DNA of 46,599 nucleotides from Patescibacteria group bacterium (GTDB lineage: Bacteria; Patescibacteriota; Patescibacteriia; UBA9934): the NCBI GenBank assembly GCA_018896835.1, contig JAHILS010000035.1:1-46599 (forward strand). Reading direction: 5' to 3'. Positions 27,301-36,904 of the stretch are shown in pieces (position 1 is the first letter of the stretch; the number at the start of each line of letters is the position of its first letter). A program made the translations under genes and the position numbers. The notes beneath the pieces are model-generated. The model made no database searches. It was not told the origin of the DNA and saw only the letters and a program-made list of their open reading frames with translations.

Positions 27301-30300
27301 TCAGAATTTAACGCTTTACCACTTACTGCTTGTCAGGTTTTGGATCCAACAGATTATGCCTGGGATTGGGATACAGATATTTCCTCATCAATTAGTGTGG
27401 GGTCGTGTCCAGAATTATCATCAAGTTATTGTGCACAAACAACAGCACTTTTTGAAGGAACAACGATTTTGTCTGCCGAAGAACTTGCTAGTGGAACAGA
27501 TGGCAGTGCCACAGTGGTTGTTAATTTTACCGATCCATACGTATCTAGCTACACACCAAGTTGCGACAGCGCATGCGTTAATGGCGAGATTAGTATTACC
27601 TTTAATACTGTCATGGACGATTCTATAGAAAGCCCTGGTTATGTGATGCTTTATTCATGCGTGAACGAATTGTGTGCCACTTTAACGCAAATCGATGCGG
27701 TAGCAAATTGTAGTGATGTGGAAGGTTGTGGGGAAGTGGAACTGCAAATAACTGACCCAGATTATAGTGGAGTGTTAGATTCGAATTCATTTTATCGGGT
27801 AATTGTTTCAGGGTCAGCAACCTCGGCCAGTGGAGTCGCGCTCACGCGTACAAATTATGGCAGTGATTTTTCTTGGACGTTTAGCACAAAAGATGACGAT
27901 ACGCTTTGCTCAGTAGATAGGATTACACTTTCGCCAGAAGATGTTGTTTTGGAAAGTATTGGAGACTCGCAGTATTACGAAGTTTTAGCATTTGGTAGTC
28001 CTGACAGTTGTTCGGTGTCAGGTCAAGAATTAAGTGCTTATGGATATGATTGGAGTTGGACAGATCCAATTATCAGCGACGCTGGGATTGCAGAGTGGAT
28101 TACTATTGCTGGTAGTTTGTTAGACGTTGGCCGATCATCAATTCCGGAAGGTTGCACTGCGTCTTGTTTAGCTCAAGGATCTGGCTCTTACTATTCAGTC
28201 TGTGGTGATTGGATTAGGGGAACGGGAGAGGATTGTGAAGATGGAAATGTTATTGGTGGCGACGGCTGTTCGGCAAATTGTTTAAATGAAGGGACGTCTA
28301 CATGTCCGCTAATTTGTTCAGCTACCAGTATTTCCTGCACGCAGACTAGTGACTGTCAAGATGTATGCGTCATCACTGATACAGTTTTGTTAACTGGAAC
28401 CTGCTCGATTTCCAGCGCTGTTTGTTCTGCTGAAATCGCTTGTCCTTACTCAACAAGTACATGTGGGCGTACTGGAGTTGGATGTTGCGGAAACGGAACA
28501 ACGGATTTGCATGAGGAGTGTGATGACGGTGGAATTATTAGTGGTGACGGTTGTTCATCGATGTGTTTAAACGAGGGTTCGCGCATGGTTGGGGCTACTT
28601 GTGGAAATGGTGATATTGCTCATGAATATGGAACTGGAGGAGAAGAGTGCGATGACGGAAATACCTCGTCTGGTGACGGCTGTTCGTCAATTTGTCTAAA
28701 TGAAGGTTCAACATCAATCACACAAGTCTCTGCCGAATGTGGAGATGGAATCATTTATCCCCCATTTGAAACTTGTGATGATGGCGGAGTTGCAAACGGA
28801 GATGGTTGTTCGTCGTCTTGTTTGCGTGAAGGAAAAAATTCTACCTATTCTGCTTTTGGTAGTACGGGACGCTGTGGAGACAGTGCTGTTGATCAAAATT
28901 CTTTGACTGGAGCTGGTGAAGATTGTGACGGTGGCGAGGGTTGTTCCACGAGCTGTCTTTGGGCAGGCTCATCATTGTCATATTCGGAAGTTTCAGTTTG
29001 TGGCGATGGCATTGCTGGCGTCGGAGAGTATGATGCTTGCGAGGATAGCACTTATGGCGCAGGATCAGATAGTAAGATCGATCCAGTGCAAATGGCTCAA
29101 ATAATCGATGAAGCTGGCGAGCATGTTGATACTGACACGCAATTAGCAACCACGACCGTTGCGGTATCCTTGGACTCACTTGACGCCTCGACCTCACTTT
29201 CACTTTCATGCGTTGCGGAAATTGATGCTGATTGTAATACAGGTTACGGTCCAGCCGACAATAAGTGTTGTATGCCAAGACCGCAGGTTGATTTGTTCCC
29301 AAATGGAAGCGAGGCTTGCCGAAACGCTGAGTTGTACGGGCTTTTCACTACAAAAATGGCTGTATCGAGCTTTACAGATAATTTATATATAGAACTAAAC
29401 CTTGGCACTGGCGAAGACTGCCCGTCGGGTCACACAGTGCTAAGCACTGTCTCGGCTGGCGCAACATTATGGCAACGCGTAATGCATTTCTTTACGGCCT
29501 TTGTTGGGCTTGATGCCACAGCTCAAAGTATGGGTGATTGCATTGTACCGATTACCAGCGTTACTCAAGCACAAACGTCAGACGGACTTTATAAAGTTAC
29601 TTTCCATTACAATACTTTGCTCGAAGCTGACGCTAGCTACACAATTCATGTGATCGGAGACACGCTGGGCGATACAGACCGTGACGGCGCTTTGTCATAT
29701 TACGGAGTTGCCATGAACGGAGGTGAAGATCAGTCTTTTACTACTCAAGACGGAATTTGTGGTCTTGACGCAGTCTTGATTGATGATGCAGATCAGACAA
29801 GCCCAAACACGTTTACCATGACTGGCGAACAGCATACATTCACTGCCACTGCCTATTCATACGACACTGGAACGGCTCAATCGATCGAGCCGATTGCTGG
29901 AGTTTATGACTGGGGTTGGACAACTTGGGCCTTGGATAACGCTGACATTTTGGATTGGGTTAGTGAACAGTCAGGCGACGTTGAGCAGGCGAGTGTGGTT
30001 TATGAAGCTAGCGGAATAAGCGGAGAGGCAAATATTGTCACCTCGGCTATTATTACCTCGGACATAACAGGTGAGTCTTTCACCTGTAGCGATTCGCCTT
30101 CAATCCTTTGTTCTTCTGACGACTCTTGTCCTGATGACGAAACTTGTGAGGCAGATAGCGTGTCAGGCCTTGCCGAATTAACTGCTTTTGTTTGTGAAAA
30201 TCCATGGCCTTCAATTGAGTATTTCCCATTTGAAGATAATGCTGACGGCTATTATCCAGGCGTTGGCTCGTCGGCTACGCTTGGAAGCGGTTGGATGAAT

Positions 30301-33300
30301 TTTTCCATGTACTACTGTCGTGACGCTGGTGATGAAGACAGTACGTCAGATGATTACCCAGAGCTTCAGGTTTTATCAGCCAGTCAAAGCGGTACAGATG
30401 AGATCTTAAAGGAATATTTCTTAAATGTTTATTCAGACGATGGTCTGACTGGTGATGTTATTGGAGTTAGGGTGATTAGTAATGCATCTTATTTAAGTCC
30501 TTTGGCCTGGTACTACGCTAGTGGATTTGCTGGTAGTCCGTCAGAAACAACGGTAGATGGATTTAATGCAGTTGTGGATGGACGCACTACATATGTTTCA
30601 GTGCCAAACTATTCATCAGGAACACTTTATTCAAACATGATTGTTATTTCGTATAATCTTGGAGCTAGTGATGAGACGGTTGATATCTATGATCAGTTAG
30701 TTGAAAATATTTCGTTCGTTACCAACGTTGGCGATCTTTCTCTTTGCCATGATTCAATCGCAGGATCAGATTCTGGTTTGTGTGTTTCTGATCTTGATTG
30801 TTCAACAGGCTCGACTTGTGGCTCTAGTAAGAAAAAATTGGTGCGAGATATAGATAGGCTAAATGACATTACAGATTTGGCAAGCTCTATTGCCAGCACA
30901 ACTCCGCAATTAGTTTCTGGAACTTATGTTCGTTCATTGGATGCCAGCGCCTGGACTTCGTGGGATGATGTTTTGGCAGATGAAATAGGCGACTCAATAG
31001 AGCCAGATCCATTAAACGCGTATAACGGATGTGGAGCCGGAGCTTATAGTTCGTACGACTCAGAAACGTGTGTCAATCAAACAACTGGAGCATATGTTTG
31101 TCCAGTTGGCTCTTACACTTATCATTACCGAGCACTTGGCAGTGATGGTTATATGCTTGGCGCAGAACTAGAATTCCAAAGCGGAACATGGGCAACTGAT
31201 ATTGATTTGGACACAACTGATAATCGACAGATAAATATTGGTGCTCTGGGAAGCGGAGACGGATTTGCAAACGGTCCAGCATTTTGCAATGGCACAACTG
31301 TTTGGGGAGTATCAAGTACTTGCGGAGACGGAATTGTAGGAAGTGGTGAGACCTGTGAGATAGGAGATACTTCGGTGGGCGCATCTTGCACAACTAGCAC
31401 TAGCCTTAGTGGATTTTATGTCACAGAATGTAATTCAACCTGCACCGGTTACACAACTCCAACCGATGCACTCTGTGACCCGCTAAGTTGTGGAAATGGT
31501 GTAATTGAAGGCGCCGAGCAGTGTGATGACGGATCACTCAATGGAAGCTATGGATTCTGCGGAGCAGATTGTACAGACGCTGATCGAGTTTATTGTGGCG
31601 ATGGATCATTAGCAGGGGGCGAGCTTTGTGACTGTGGGGCTGTTACTCCTCCAGGTGGAGCCGCTTATGGTGGTGGCGCGTGTTCTATATTAAATGGAGT
31701 TTATAGCACATCGTTGGCAAATACTTGTGCCTGGGATTGTTCAGGGCCTGGTCCATATTGTGGTGACGAACAGGTTGACGACGCAGAAGAGTGTGATGGA
31801 AACACAGATTCATATTCTGAGAAGTTGTGTTCAGTTGGAACTTCAACCGACGGAAATAAATGTGATTCAGATGATGACTGTGTCTCTTTAACATTTTCAT
31901 ATGATGGTGAAAGCTATGTTGGCACCCAGTCAGTTGGTACGTGTGGAGTAACAAGCCTTGCAGACGATTGTCCATACACAACAGTTTGTGTTGAAGGCGA
32001 TCCTGACAAAATGGGCTTAGCCTGTACGGTTGATAGCTATTGTAATAGTAGTGCTGGCGGTGACGGAGTTTGCTCAACTTATGCTTATCAAACAACCCGT
32101 ACTAGAACGTGTAATAGTTCATCATGTATTTGGGTAGAGGATTGGGAGGACATCCTATGTCGCGCTCCTGGATCTTGCGGTGACGGAATAGTAGATGACG
32201 GAGAAGAGTGCGATGACGGCAATGATGATTCTTCAGACGCTTGCACTATCGAATGCACACTCAACGTTTGTGGCGATGGTTATTTCTATGCCGGAGAAGA
32301 GCAGTGCGATGAGGGGGACGACAACGGAACTTTGTGTACAGCTAGTTACGGCTCAACATGCACGTATTGTAATGAAGATTGTAAGGCGGTTTCGTCGTCC
32401 GGCAGTTTTTGTGGGGATGGAGTTATAAATGGATCAGAGTTCTGCGACGGGCTTGATGTTCCTTATACCTATTATAGTTTAACGTTGGATTCCATAGCTG
32501 CTGGATATTGTGACCCTGATTTATTGTATTCCTCGTCAGCAGATGGTTCGAGCAGTTGTTTGGAGCTTGGCGTGTGCAATGGAGGTACAGATAACGGTCA
32601 AAAGTGTTATCAATTCCTTTCTTGTGGCGGAGGTGGAGTTTGTGTTTTTCCACAGTGTAATGCCTCGTGCGGAACAATGTGTCCGTTTAGTTATGATGCT
32701 CAAAGATTGATGATCAAGACCAACAAGCTTGGAGCTAGCCGTTCTTACACGGCTGACGTTGAATCATTTAGCACAGCAATCACTCGTTTAAGCGCTGGTA
32801 ATTCATCAACTCTTTACATCCCAGCCTGTTCTGTGGCTGATGGACTTTCTTTAACATTAGATGATCAAAATAGAGATTATCCTGACGTTGAGATTATGCT
32901 TTTGCTTGATAAGTCTTACTCAATGTCGACAACTCTTGGGTCTAGTACAAGAATTGCTGTTTTGCGACAAGCAGTTGATGACGCTGTTGTTTCTTTATTT
33001 GATGCTTATGACGGGGTTGACGCTGACATGAGCATTGGTTGGGCATATATTTCTGGCGAGCATGACTTTGCAGATTCTGGTAAGTTTGTGGTGATGCCAC
33101 CAAGTTCTGAAAAGGATACTGTGCGTTCAAGTATTAGCTCAGGCTTAGCTACTGTGGATTCGGTACTTGGAACTCCAATTTATCAATCAATACAAGACGC
33201 CAATAACGAGTTTTCATCAGACCCAAACACAGTTAAGTACATGATAATTTTCACAGACGGGAGTATCACTAACTATGATTATGCTGATATATCTTGGAGC

Positions 33301-33828
33301 AATCTTGGCTATAGTACGATTCCAGCGTGGGGATTAGCAACAATCACGTCTAGCGACTATATGCGAGCAGTAAGTTTACAGCTCGATGACATAAAAGACT
33401 TAGGAGTTGAAGTGTTTAGCGCGGTGTTTACCAGCAACAGTTGCGATATTACGCAGATGCAACGTTGGTCAAGTATGGACTGTGATGCTGAGGCGCTCGG
33501 ATGCGCTGGTCAACGTATAGAAGGAAATTATATTTGCGTTGCACCAAGCAACGGAATTACATACGCTTATAGTGCGACAGACTCAGCTGGAATTGAGAGT
33601 ATGTATGACCAGATAGTAAATTCAATCTTGAATATCACAGTTTCTGTAATAATCGATGGAGAAACAGCTTCGACAACAATTGCTAACGGATCAAGTAGAG
33701 CGATAACACTGCCAGATACTTTCTCGTGTGACGATAGTGCTGAGCAGTCAGCTACAGTAAGAGCAACGTTTAATGGAAGCGGAACAATCCGATTGAGTAA
33801 TATTGTTTTGAATATGTGTACGCAATAA
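24379..33828 (+). CDS. giant (3149 aa) pilin-module-anchored adhesin-like protein: Ig-like, 4x IPT/TIG, Cys-rich repeat arrays, C-terminal vWA domain
   Basis: The N-terminal 124 aa are paralogous to the preceding gene (VLGIIAVVIVLYGGFVWMTAGGDPDKVKKAKDILINGGIGLGIFLLSWAITSFVLS). IPT/TIG units (VSPASGAVGTFVTISGTGF and similar) lie at about 25630-26760. Thirteen CG[DN]G..E.CDDGN..[GD]GCS..C-type units lie at 28201-29060 and 31321-32450. The vWA MIDAS motif DKSYSMS ... FTDGS lies at about 32880-33450. Confidence 0.85.
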   Translation: MNVLQRLTLLFSGLAIVFTLSVGILVPVQQVYAQSDTLEDVGAQSGLGDEDLRIVIARLIRTFLTVLGIIAVVIVLYGGFVWMTAGGDPDKVKKAKDILINGGIGLGIFLLSWAITSFVLSALLGATGTGDGTGTSSGGYSSTSGLGGGSASTFAVSTFSPEGEVSIRNIVPRITFSRQLDEASVVDNIIFTKTETGEVVDGTLVVSGNKASFTPSAFCPEPSSTRHCFDADTQYTVTVGTDIQSSAGVSLDCSIKSCSSSFTTGSLIDTEDPVASISYPDNGDSISVDSFTLVQVEATDDSEVSTADFYGNEAWFDSVGASGDDLSDVTIESIWYTDGLEEGTRYNIEVTVSDIAGNEDSDTVRIVSLPAHCFDDELSGDEEDVDCGGSCGACDGSTCTDASECSDAICESGICVSYPEIQGVSPASGAVGTFVTISGTGFSTSGTVYFSNGAGGFVSASQPSCASGWGSSEVIVEVPVGASDGPIKIDTRTGYSDQTDDDNGPLIDDFDVNDVEHPNLCSIYPRTAEVGDSVTVSGTNFGSTQGLSLVYFDTTQAGSYTSWSDTSSALTVPSLTAGDFVDVSISVGGVSSNTVSFGVDFSDQELPTIYSVSPASGGVGQYVTISGTHFGSRLGSVWFSNPVSGYTAQGSIAFPSECDNDIWNDNQITIIVPSAYTNEEAIDEIAHNLYITTQAGVDSEAITFTVTSADPTPGICAIDPAVGPVGTGITVYGDNFGTSVGSLEFYNGVLAIIESGDWSNGSIISSVPTEAQTGVVTVTSLSGVESNPFNFEVGAGSAVTATSLTGGYAWYFSTGTIPVVPELLIACSDTLVSAVPNSRFTREACTNSVLMGKFNTLIDESTLNSSNIRIYECDGTECEEDSSLQVPFGSIAISSSTTQTSFIWNADPTYNSGSWKTSMSYYVVVSDGIESTGGISLSRDVSWTFRTSSSSVDCDVEEVLVSPVTDTLEELGGTSEFNALPLTACQVLDPTDYAWDWDTDISSSISVGSCPELSSSYCAQTTALFEGTTILSAEELASGTDGSATVVVNFTDPYVSSYTPSCDSACVNGEISITFNTVMDDSIESPGYVMLYSCVNELCATLTQIDAVANCSDVEGCGEVELQITDPDYSGVLDSNSFYRVIVSGSATSASGVALTRTNYGSDFSWTFSTKDDDTLCSVDRITLSPEDVVLESIGDSQYYEVLAFGSPDSCSVSGQELSAYGYDWSWTDPIISDAGIAEWITIAGSLLDVGRSSIPEGCTASCLAQGSGSYYSVCGDWIRGTGEDCEDGNVIGGDGCSANCLNEGTSTCPLICSATSISCTQTSDCQDVCVITDTVLLTGTCSISSAVCSAEIACPYSTSTCGRTGVGCCGNGTTDLHEECDDGGIISGDGCSSMCLNEGSRMVGATCGNGDIAHEYGTGGEECDDGNTSSGDGCSSICLNEGSTSITQVSAECGDGIIYPPFETCDDGGVANGDGCSSSCLREGKNSTYSAFGSTGRCGDSAVDQNSLTGAGEDCDGGEGCSTSCLWAGSSLSYSEVSVCGDGIAGVGEYDACEDSTYGAGSDSKIDPVQMAQIIDEAGEHVDTDTQLATTTVAVSLDSLDASTSLSLSCVAEIDADCNTGYGPADNKCCMPRPQVDLFPNGSEACRNAELYGLFTTKMAVSSFTDNLYIELNLGTGEDCPSGHTVLSTVSAGATLWQRVMHFFTAFVGLDATAQSMGDCIVPITSVTQAQTSDGLYKVTFHYNTLLEADASYTIHVIGDTLGDTDRDGALSYYGVAMNGGEDQSFTTQDGICGLDAVLIDDADQTSPNTFTMTGEQHTFTATAYSYDTGTAQSIEPIAGVYDWGWTTWALDNADILDWVSEQSGDVEQASVVYEASGISGEANIVTSAIITSDITGESFTCSDSPSILCSSDDSCPDDETCEADSVSGLAELTAFVCENPWPSIEYFPFEDNADGYYPGVGSSATLGSGWMNFSMYYCRDAGDEDSTSDDYPELQVLSASQSGTDEILKEYFLNVYSDDGLTGDVIGVRVISNASYLSPLAWYYASGFAGSPSETTVDGFNAVVDGRTTYVSVPNYSSGTLYSNMIVISYNLGASDETVDIYDQLVENISFVTNVGDLSLCHDSIAGSDSGLCVSDLDCSTGSTCGSSKKKLVRDIDRLNDITDLASSIASTTPQLVSGTYVRSLDASAWTSWDDVLADEIGDSIEPDPLNAYNGCGAGAYSSYDSETCVNQTTGAYVCPVGSYTYHYRALGSDGYMLGAELEFQSGTWATDIDLDTTDNRQINIGALGSGDGFANGPAFCNGTTVWGVSSTCGDGIVGSGETCEIGDTSVGASCTTSTSLSGFYVTECNSTCTGYTTPTDALCDPLSCGNGVIEGAEQCDDGSLNGSYGFCGADCTDADRVYCGDGSLAGGELCDCGAVTPPGGAAYGGGACSILNGVYSTSLANTCAWDCSGPGPYCGDEQVDDAEECDGNTDSYSEKLCSVGTSTDGNKCDSDDDCVSLTFSYDGESYVGTQSVGTCGVTSLADDCPYTTVCVEGDPDKMGLACTVDSYCNSSAGGDGVCSTYAYQTTRTRTCNSSSCIWVEDWEDILCRAPGSCGDGIVDDGEECDDGNDDSSDACTIECTLNVCGDGYFYAGEEQCDEGDDNGTLCTASYGSTCTYCNEDCKAVSSSGSFCGDGVINGSEFCDGLDVPYTYYSLTLDSIAAGYCDPDLLYSSSADGSSSCLELGVCNGGTDNGQKCYQFLSCGGGGVCVFPQCNASCGTMCPFSYDAQRLMIKTNKLGASRSYTADVESFSTAITRLSAGNSSTLYIPACSVADGLSLTLDDQNRDYPDVEIMLLLDKSYSMSTTLGSSTRIAVLRQAVDDAVVSLFDAYDGVDADMSIGWAYISGEHDFADSGKFVVMPPSSEKDTVRSSISSGLATVDSVLGTPIYQSIQDANNEFSSDPNTVKYMIIFTDGSITNYDYADISWSNLGYSTIPAWGLATITSSDYMRAVSLQLDDIKDLGVEVFSAVFTSNSCDITQMQRWSSMDCDAEALGCAGQRIEGNYICVAPSNGITYAYSATDSAGIESMYDQIVNSILNITVSVIIDGETASTTIANGSSRAITLPDTFSCDDSAEQSATVRATFNGSGTIRLSNIVLNMCTQ

Positions 33829-33831
33829 TCT

Positions 33832-34746
33832 ATGGAACAAAATAATCAAGAGTTTGATGAAAATAAAGTTGACTGGTACCAAACCGACCAGGGTGGTCAG
33901 CCGGTTGTTACCCTTAAAGACAAGCTTATGCCAAAGGCAAAGCCAGTAATCATTGTGGTTGCGTCAATTTTAGTTTCGTTACTCGCTATTGTTCTTGTTT
34001 ATTCGGCTGTGAAATATTTTTATTCAACAAGTGATGCTAAAAAAATAGAGCAAGACACCATGCTTTATATTGAGGCCTGTCAAAGCCAAAAAGATGTGCA
34101 GAAGTGTATAGACAATGCGTCTCCGCAATTAGCGCAAGAAACTGGGAATAAAGAGTATTGCACCAGCCTTACTGGAGACCGCTATGATTCATGTCTTGTA
34201 TTGTCAGCCCTCACATCACACCTAATTGACGACTGTAAAGGAATACAAAATATCGAAACTAAGAATCAATGTAACGATGCTATTACAGCGCTCACACTGC
34301 CTTTGAATTACACATATGAAGATTGCTCAGATTATATTGATAGTAATAACAGGGAGCAATGTCAGGCAAGCTGGGTTTTTGATACAATGGTAGCAGGTGA
34401 TTGCGACCATCCACAGATTACGTCTCAAATGTGCGAAGACGGAGCGAAAATAAGCGAAGCTATTACCAAACGCAATCCTGATATCTGTGACGATATTACT
34501 GATATTCTCTTGGCAAGGAATTGCATCGAGTTAACTTCACCAGGAGACAGAGATTTTGATAATGTTGATGCTGATGAAGAGACTCGTCAAGGCACGAGCG
34601 ATACTGACTCTGACAGCGACGACGATGGACTGATGGATGGTGAGGAATTATTTAAGTACAATACAGATCCAACTAACGCTGACACTGATGGTGACGGATA
34701 CTCGGACGGTGAGGAAGTATTATCAGGACACGATCCTTTAAAGTGA
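33832..34746 (+). CDS. single-pass membrane protein with a Cys-patterned ectodomain and C-terminal TSP3-like repeats
   Basis: TM segment VIIVVASILVSLLAIVLVYSAV. C-terminus DTDSDSDDDGLMDGEELFKYNTDPTNADTDGDGYSDGEEVLSGHDP. The start is 3 nt after the stop of the giant gene. Confidence 0.75.
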   Translation: MEQNNQEFDENKVDWYQTDQGGQPVVTLKDKLMPKAKPVIIVVASILVSLLAIVLVYSAVKYFYSTSDAKKIEQDTMLYIEACQSQKDVQKCIDNASPQLAQETGNKEYCTSLTGDRYDSCLVLSALTSHLIDDCKGIQNIETKNQCNDAITALTLPLNYTYEDCSDYIDSNNREQCQASWVFDTMVAGDCDHPQITSQMCEDGAKISEAITKRNPDICDDITDILLARNCIELTSPGDRDFDNVDADEETRQGTSDTDSDSDDDGLMDGEELFKYNTDPTNADTDGDGYSDGEEVLSGHDPLK

Positions 34747-34782
34747 GCTAAAAAATAATGGGAAATATAAATATACTTCAAT

Positions 34783-35496
34783 ATGTTTGATGACCAAATG
34801 CCAACTACGCCCACAGATGCGCCTCAAGAACCAGCAGTGCAGGATATGTTTGCCGACGCCCCTAGCGTACCTGCTAATTTGCCTATAGCCTCAGCTCCAG
34901 CTGTGTCTTCACCCGCGTCTGCTAAAGAGCCAGAAGTCCAGGCTCAACCAACACCTGCGCCAGTTCAGGTTCAGAGTGCGTCCGTTGCTTCGGCTCAGCC
35001 CGCGCCTGTAGCTCCAACGCAAACTGAGGCTCCGAAAATGCAAACAATTGCTCCTGCACCTCCCAAGTCTTCTTTTTCTGGCGTCATTAAGGTCATTATC
35101 ATTGTACTTGTCGCCATAGCATTAATTGGAGCAGCTGTTTATTTGGCATTTAGATTAATGACTCAAGGCATTGTTACGCCAGTTGAGGATACTGTAATAA
35201 CTGATGAGCCTGTAGTTGAAAATCAGCCTGTAGTTGAAGAAGAGGTGCCTATTGTCTTGGAGGAGGTTGATACAGACGGTGACGGTCTAACGGACGCAGA
35301 AGAAGCTGTGGTTGGGACTGATCCAGAGAATGTTGATACTGACAAAGACGGGCTTGGTGACAGGGAAGAGGTCCAAGTTTATGGCACAGACCCATTTGAT
35401 GCTGATACTGACGAAGATGGTTACTTGGACGGACAAGAAGTAGTTGGTGGGTATAATCCTAATGGTCCCGGAAAGCTCTTTGAACTTCCAAAATAA
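34783..35496 (+). CDS. Pro/Ala-rich single-pass membrane protein with TSP3-like repeats
   Basis: PA-rich N-terminus, TM segment VIKVIIIVLVAIALIGAAVYLAF, then DTDGDGLTDAEEAVVGTDPENVDTDKDGLGDREEVQVYGTDPFDADTDEDGYLDGQEVVGGYNP. Confidence 0.75.
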   Translation: MFDDQMPTTPTDAPQEPAVQDMFADAPSVPANLPIASAPAVSSPASAKEPEVQAQPTPAPVQVQSASVASAQPAPVAPTQTEAPKMQTIAPAPPKSSFSGVIKVIIIVLVAIALIGAAVYLAFRLMTQGIVTPVEDTVITDEPVVENQPVVEEEVPIVLEEVDTDGDGLTDAEEAVVGTDPENVDTDKDGLGDREEVQVYGTDPFDADTDEDGYLDGQEVVGGYNPNGPGKLFELPK

Positions 35497-35540
35497 ATAC
35501 AAATCACTAAACCCTAGGCTTTTGCCTTTGGCTCTCACAT

Positions 35541-36488
35541 ATGTTCGAAGAAGCCCAAAAACAATCAGATATAAAACAAGCAGACAAGAAAGAGTCGCCT
35601 CTGAGTGATTTTATTATCCATGTCATGCCAGTGTCGTTTAGAGAAAAGAAGATTGTTGCCAAAGAAGAGAAAAAACCAGTAGTAAAGCCTGTTATCAAAG
35701 AGTTGCCAAAGCAACTTAAGCCTATTTCTGCCATGCCTGTTGCGAAAAAGTCTTCACGCATACCGTGGATCCTTGGTGCTGTTGGTATAGTTTTAATTTT
35801 GTCACTGCTGGTAATCGGGATTTATGCAATTAAGAGTTTCCAGCCAGAACCAGTTGTAGTTATAGACGAAACCCCAGAGACTGTGGTCGAGCCAATCGTT
35901 GAGGTTCCCCAAGAAATCATGGCTGGAAATGACTTGGATAGCGATGGGCTTACTGACGTTGAAGAAGCAATGTATGGCACCAACCCTCGAAATCCAGATT
36001 CAGATAACGATACTTTTTTGGACGGAAATGAAGTATTTCATAGATATAGTCCACTTGGCACGGCTCCGCAAACCCTTTTGGATACTGGAGCCGTAAAAGA
36101 ATATTTATCAAAAGATGGCTCATTTACTTTAACCTATCCAACGCAGTGGACTGTAGCTGGTGTTGTAGATTCATCGCTTGAGCAAACCGAGGAAATAGTT
36201 TTTAGAACAAATTCAACCGCTACCGTGCGACTTGTTTTGTCAAAACTAGCTGATGAAACGTTTGACCAGTGGTACATGAAAAATGCTTTAGATGGGCGCA
36301 CAGTTCAGCTTGAAACTACGCTGACAAAACAAGGTTATGTTGCCCACCAAAGCCCTGACGATCTTGTGGCATACGTTATTGCTGGCGACTCTGTGTTTAC
36401 CTTCCATTACGATTTAGCTGATGAAAAAGAGATTGTTTACATGCAGACGTTTCAGATGATGATTAACAGTTTTTCAATGCTTCCATGA
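35541..36488 (+). CDS. single-pass membrane protein with a TSP3-like repeat and an unknown C-terminal domain
   Basis: TM segment IPWILGAVGIVLILSLLVIGIYAI, then DLDSDGLTDVEEAMYGTNPRNPDSDNDTFLDGNEVFHRYSP. The stop overlaps the ybeY start (ATGA). Confidence 0.75.
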   Translation: MFEEAQKQSDIKQADKKESPLSDFIIHVMPVSFREKKIVAKEEKKPVVKPVIKELPKQLKPISAMPVAKKSSRIPWILGAVGIVLILSLLVIGIYAIKSFQPEPVVVIDETPETVVEPIVEVPQEIMAGNDLDSDGLTDVEEAMYGTNPRNPDSDNDTFLDGNEVFHRYSPLGTAPQTLLDTGAVKEYLSKDGSFTLTYPTQWTVAGVVDSSLEQTEEIVFRTNSTATVRLVLSKLADETFDQWYMKNALDGRTVQLETTLTKQGYVAHQSPDDLVAYVIAGDSVFTFHYDLADEKEIVYMQTFQMMINSFSMLP

Positions 36489-36904
36489 TAACTCTTCAAG
36501 TTTCACAGGACATCTTGGAGGCAGGCGATAATTTGTCGCTCGATGTTTTAAAACAAATCGAGTCTTGCCTTAATAATGCATTTTCAGGAAAACAGCATGG
36601 TAATATCGACGTTCGATTTGTTAGCGACAATGAAATCAAAAAGCTTAACCGCATGTATCGCTCTCTTGACGAAGTAACTGATGTTCTTTCTTTTGGATAC
36701 CCAGAAAATATTGATTTACTTGGTGACATTGCTATTTCATATGCCCAAGCTCAACGTCAGGCGGGCGACAGATCGGTTGAGCATGAAATCATCGAGTTGA
36801 TCGTTCACGGAGTTTTACACATTCTTGGTTATGATCACGAAAAACCAGGTGATGATAAAGAAATGTTTTCATTACAAGACGCTATAATTGAAAAAATATT
36901 ATGA
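36485..36904 (+). CDS. ybeY: rRNA maturation endoribonuclease YbeY
   Basis: HGVLHILGYDHE zinc-binding motif; 139 aa. Confidence 0.92.
   Translation: MITLQVSQDILEAGDNLSLDVLKQIESCLNNAFSGKQHGNIDVRFVSDNEIKKLNRMYRSLDEVTDVLSFGYPENIDLLGDIAISYAQAQRQAGDRSVEHEIIELIVHGVLHILGYDHEKPGDDKEMFSLQDAIIEKIL

Noticed and set aside
16908-33828. Diversity-generating retroelement targeting the surface proteins.
   Set aside because: There is no reverse transcriptase gene in the window, and I saw no template/variable repeat pair with adenine-specific differences.
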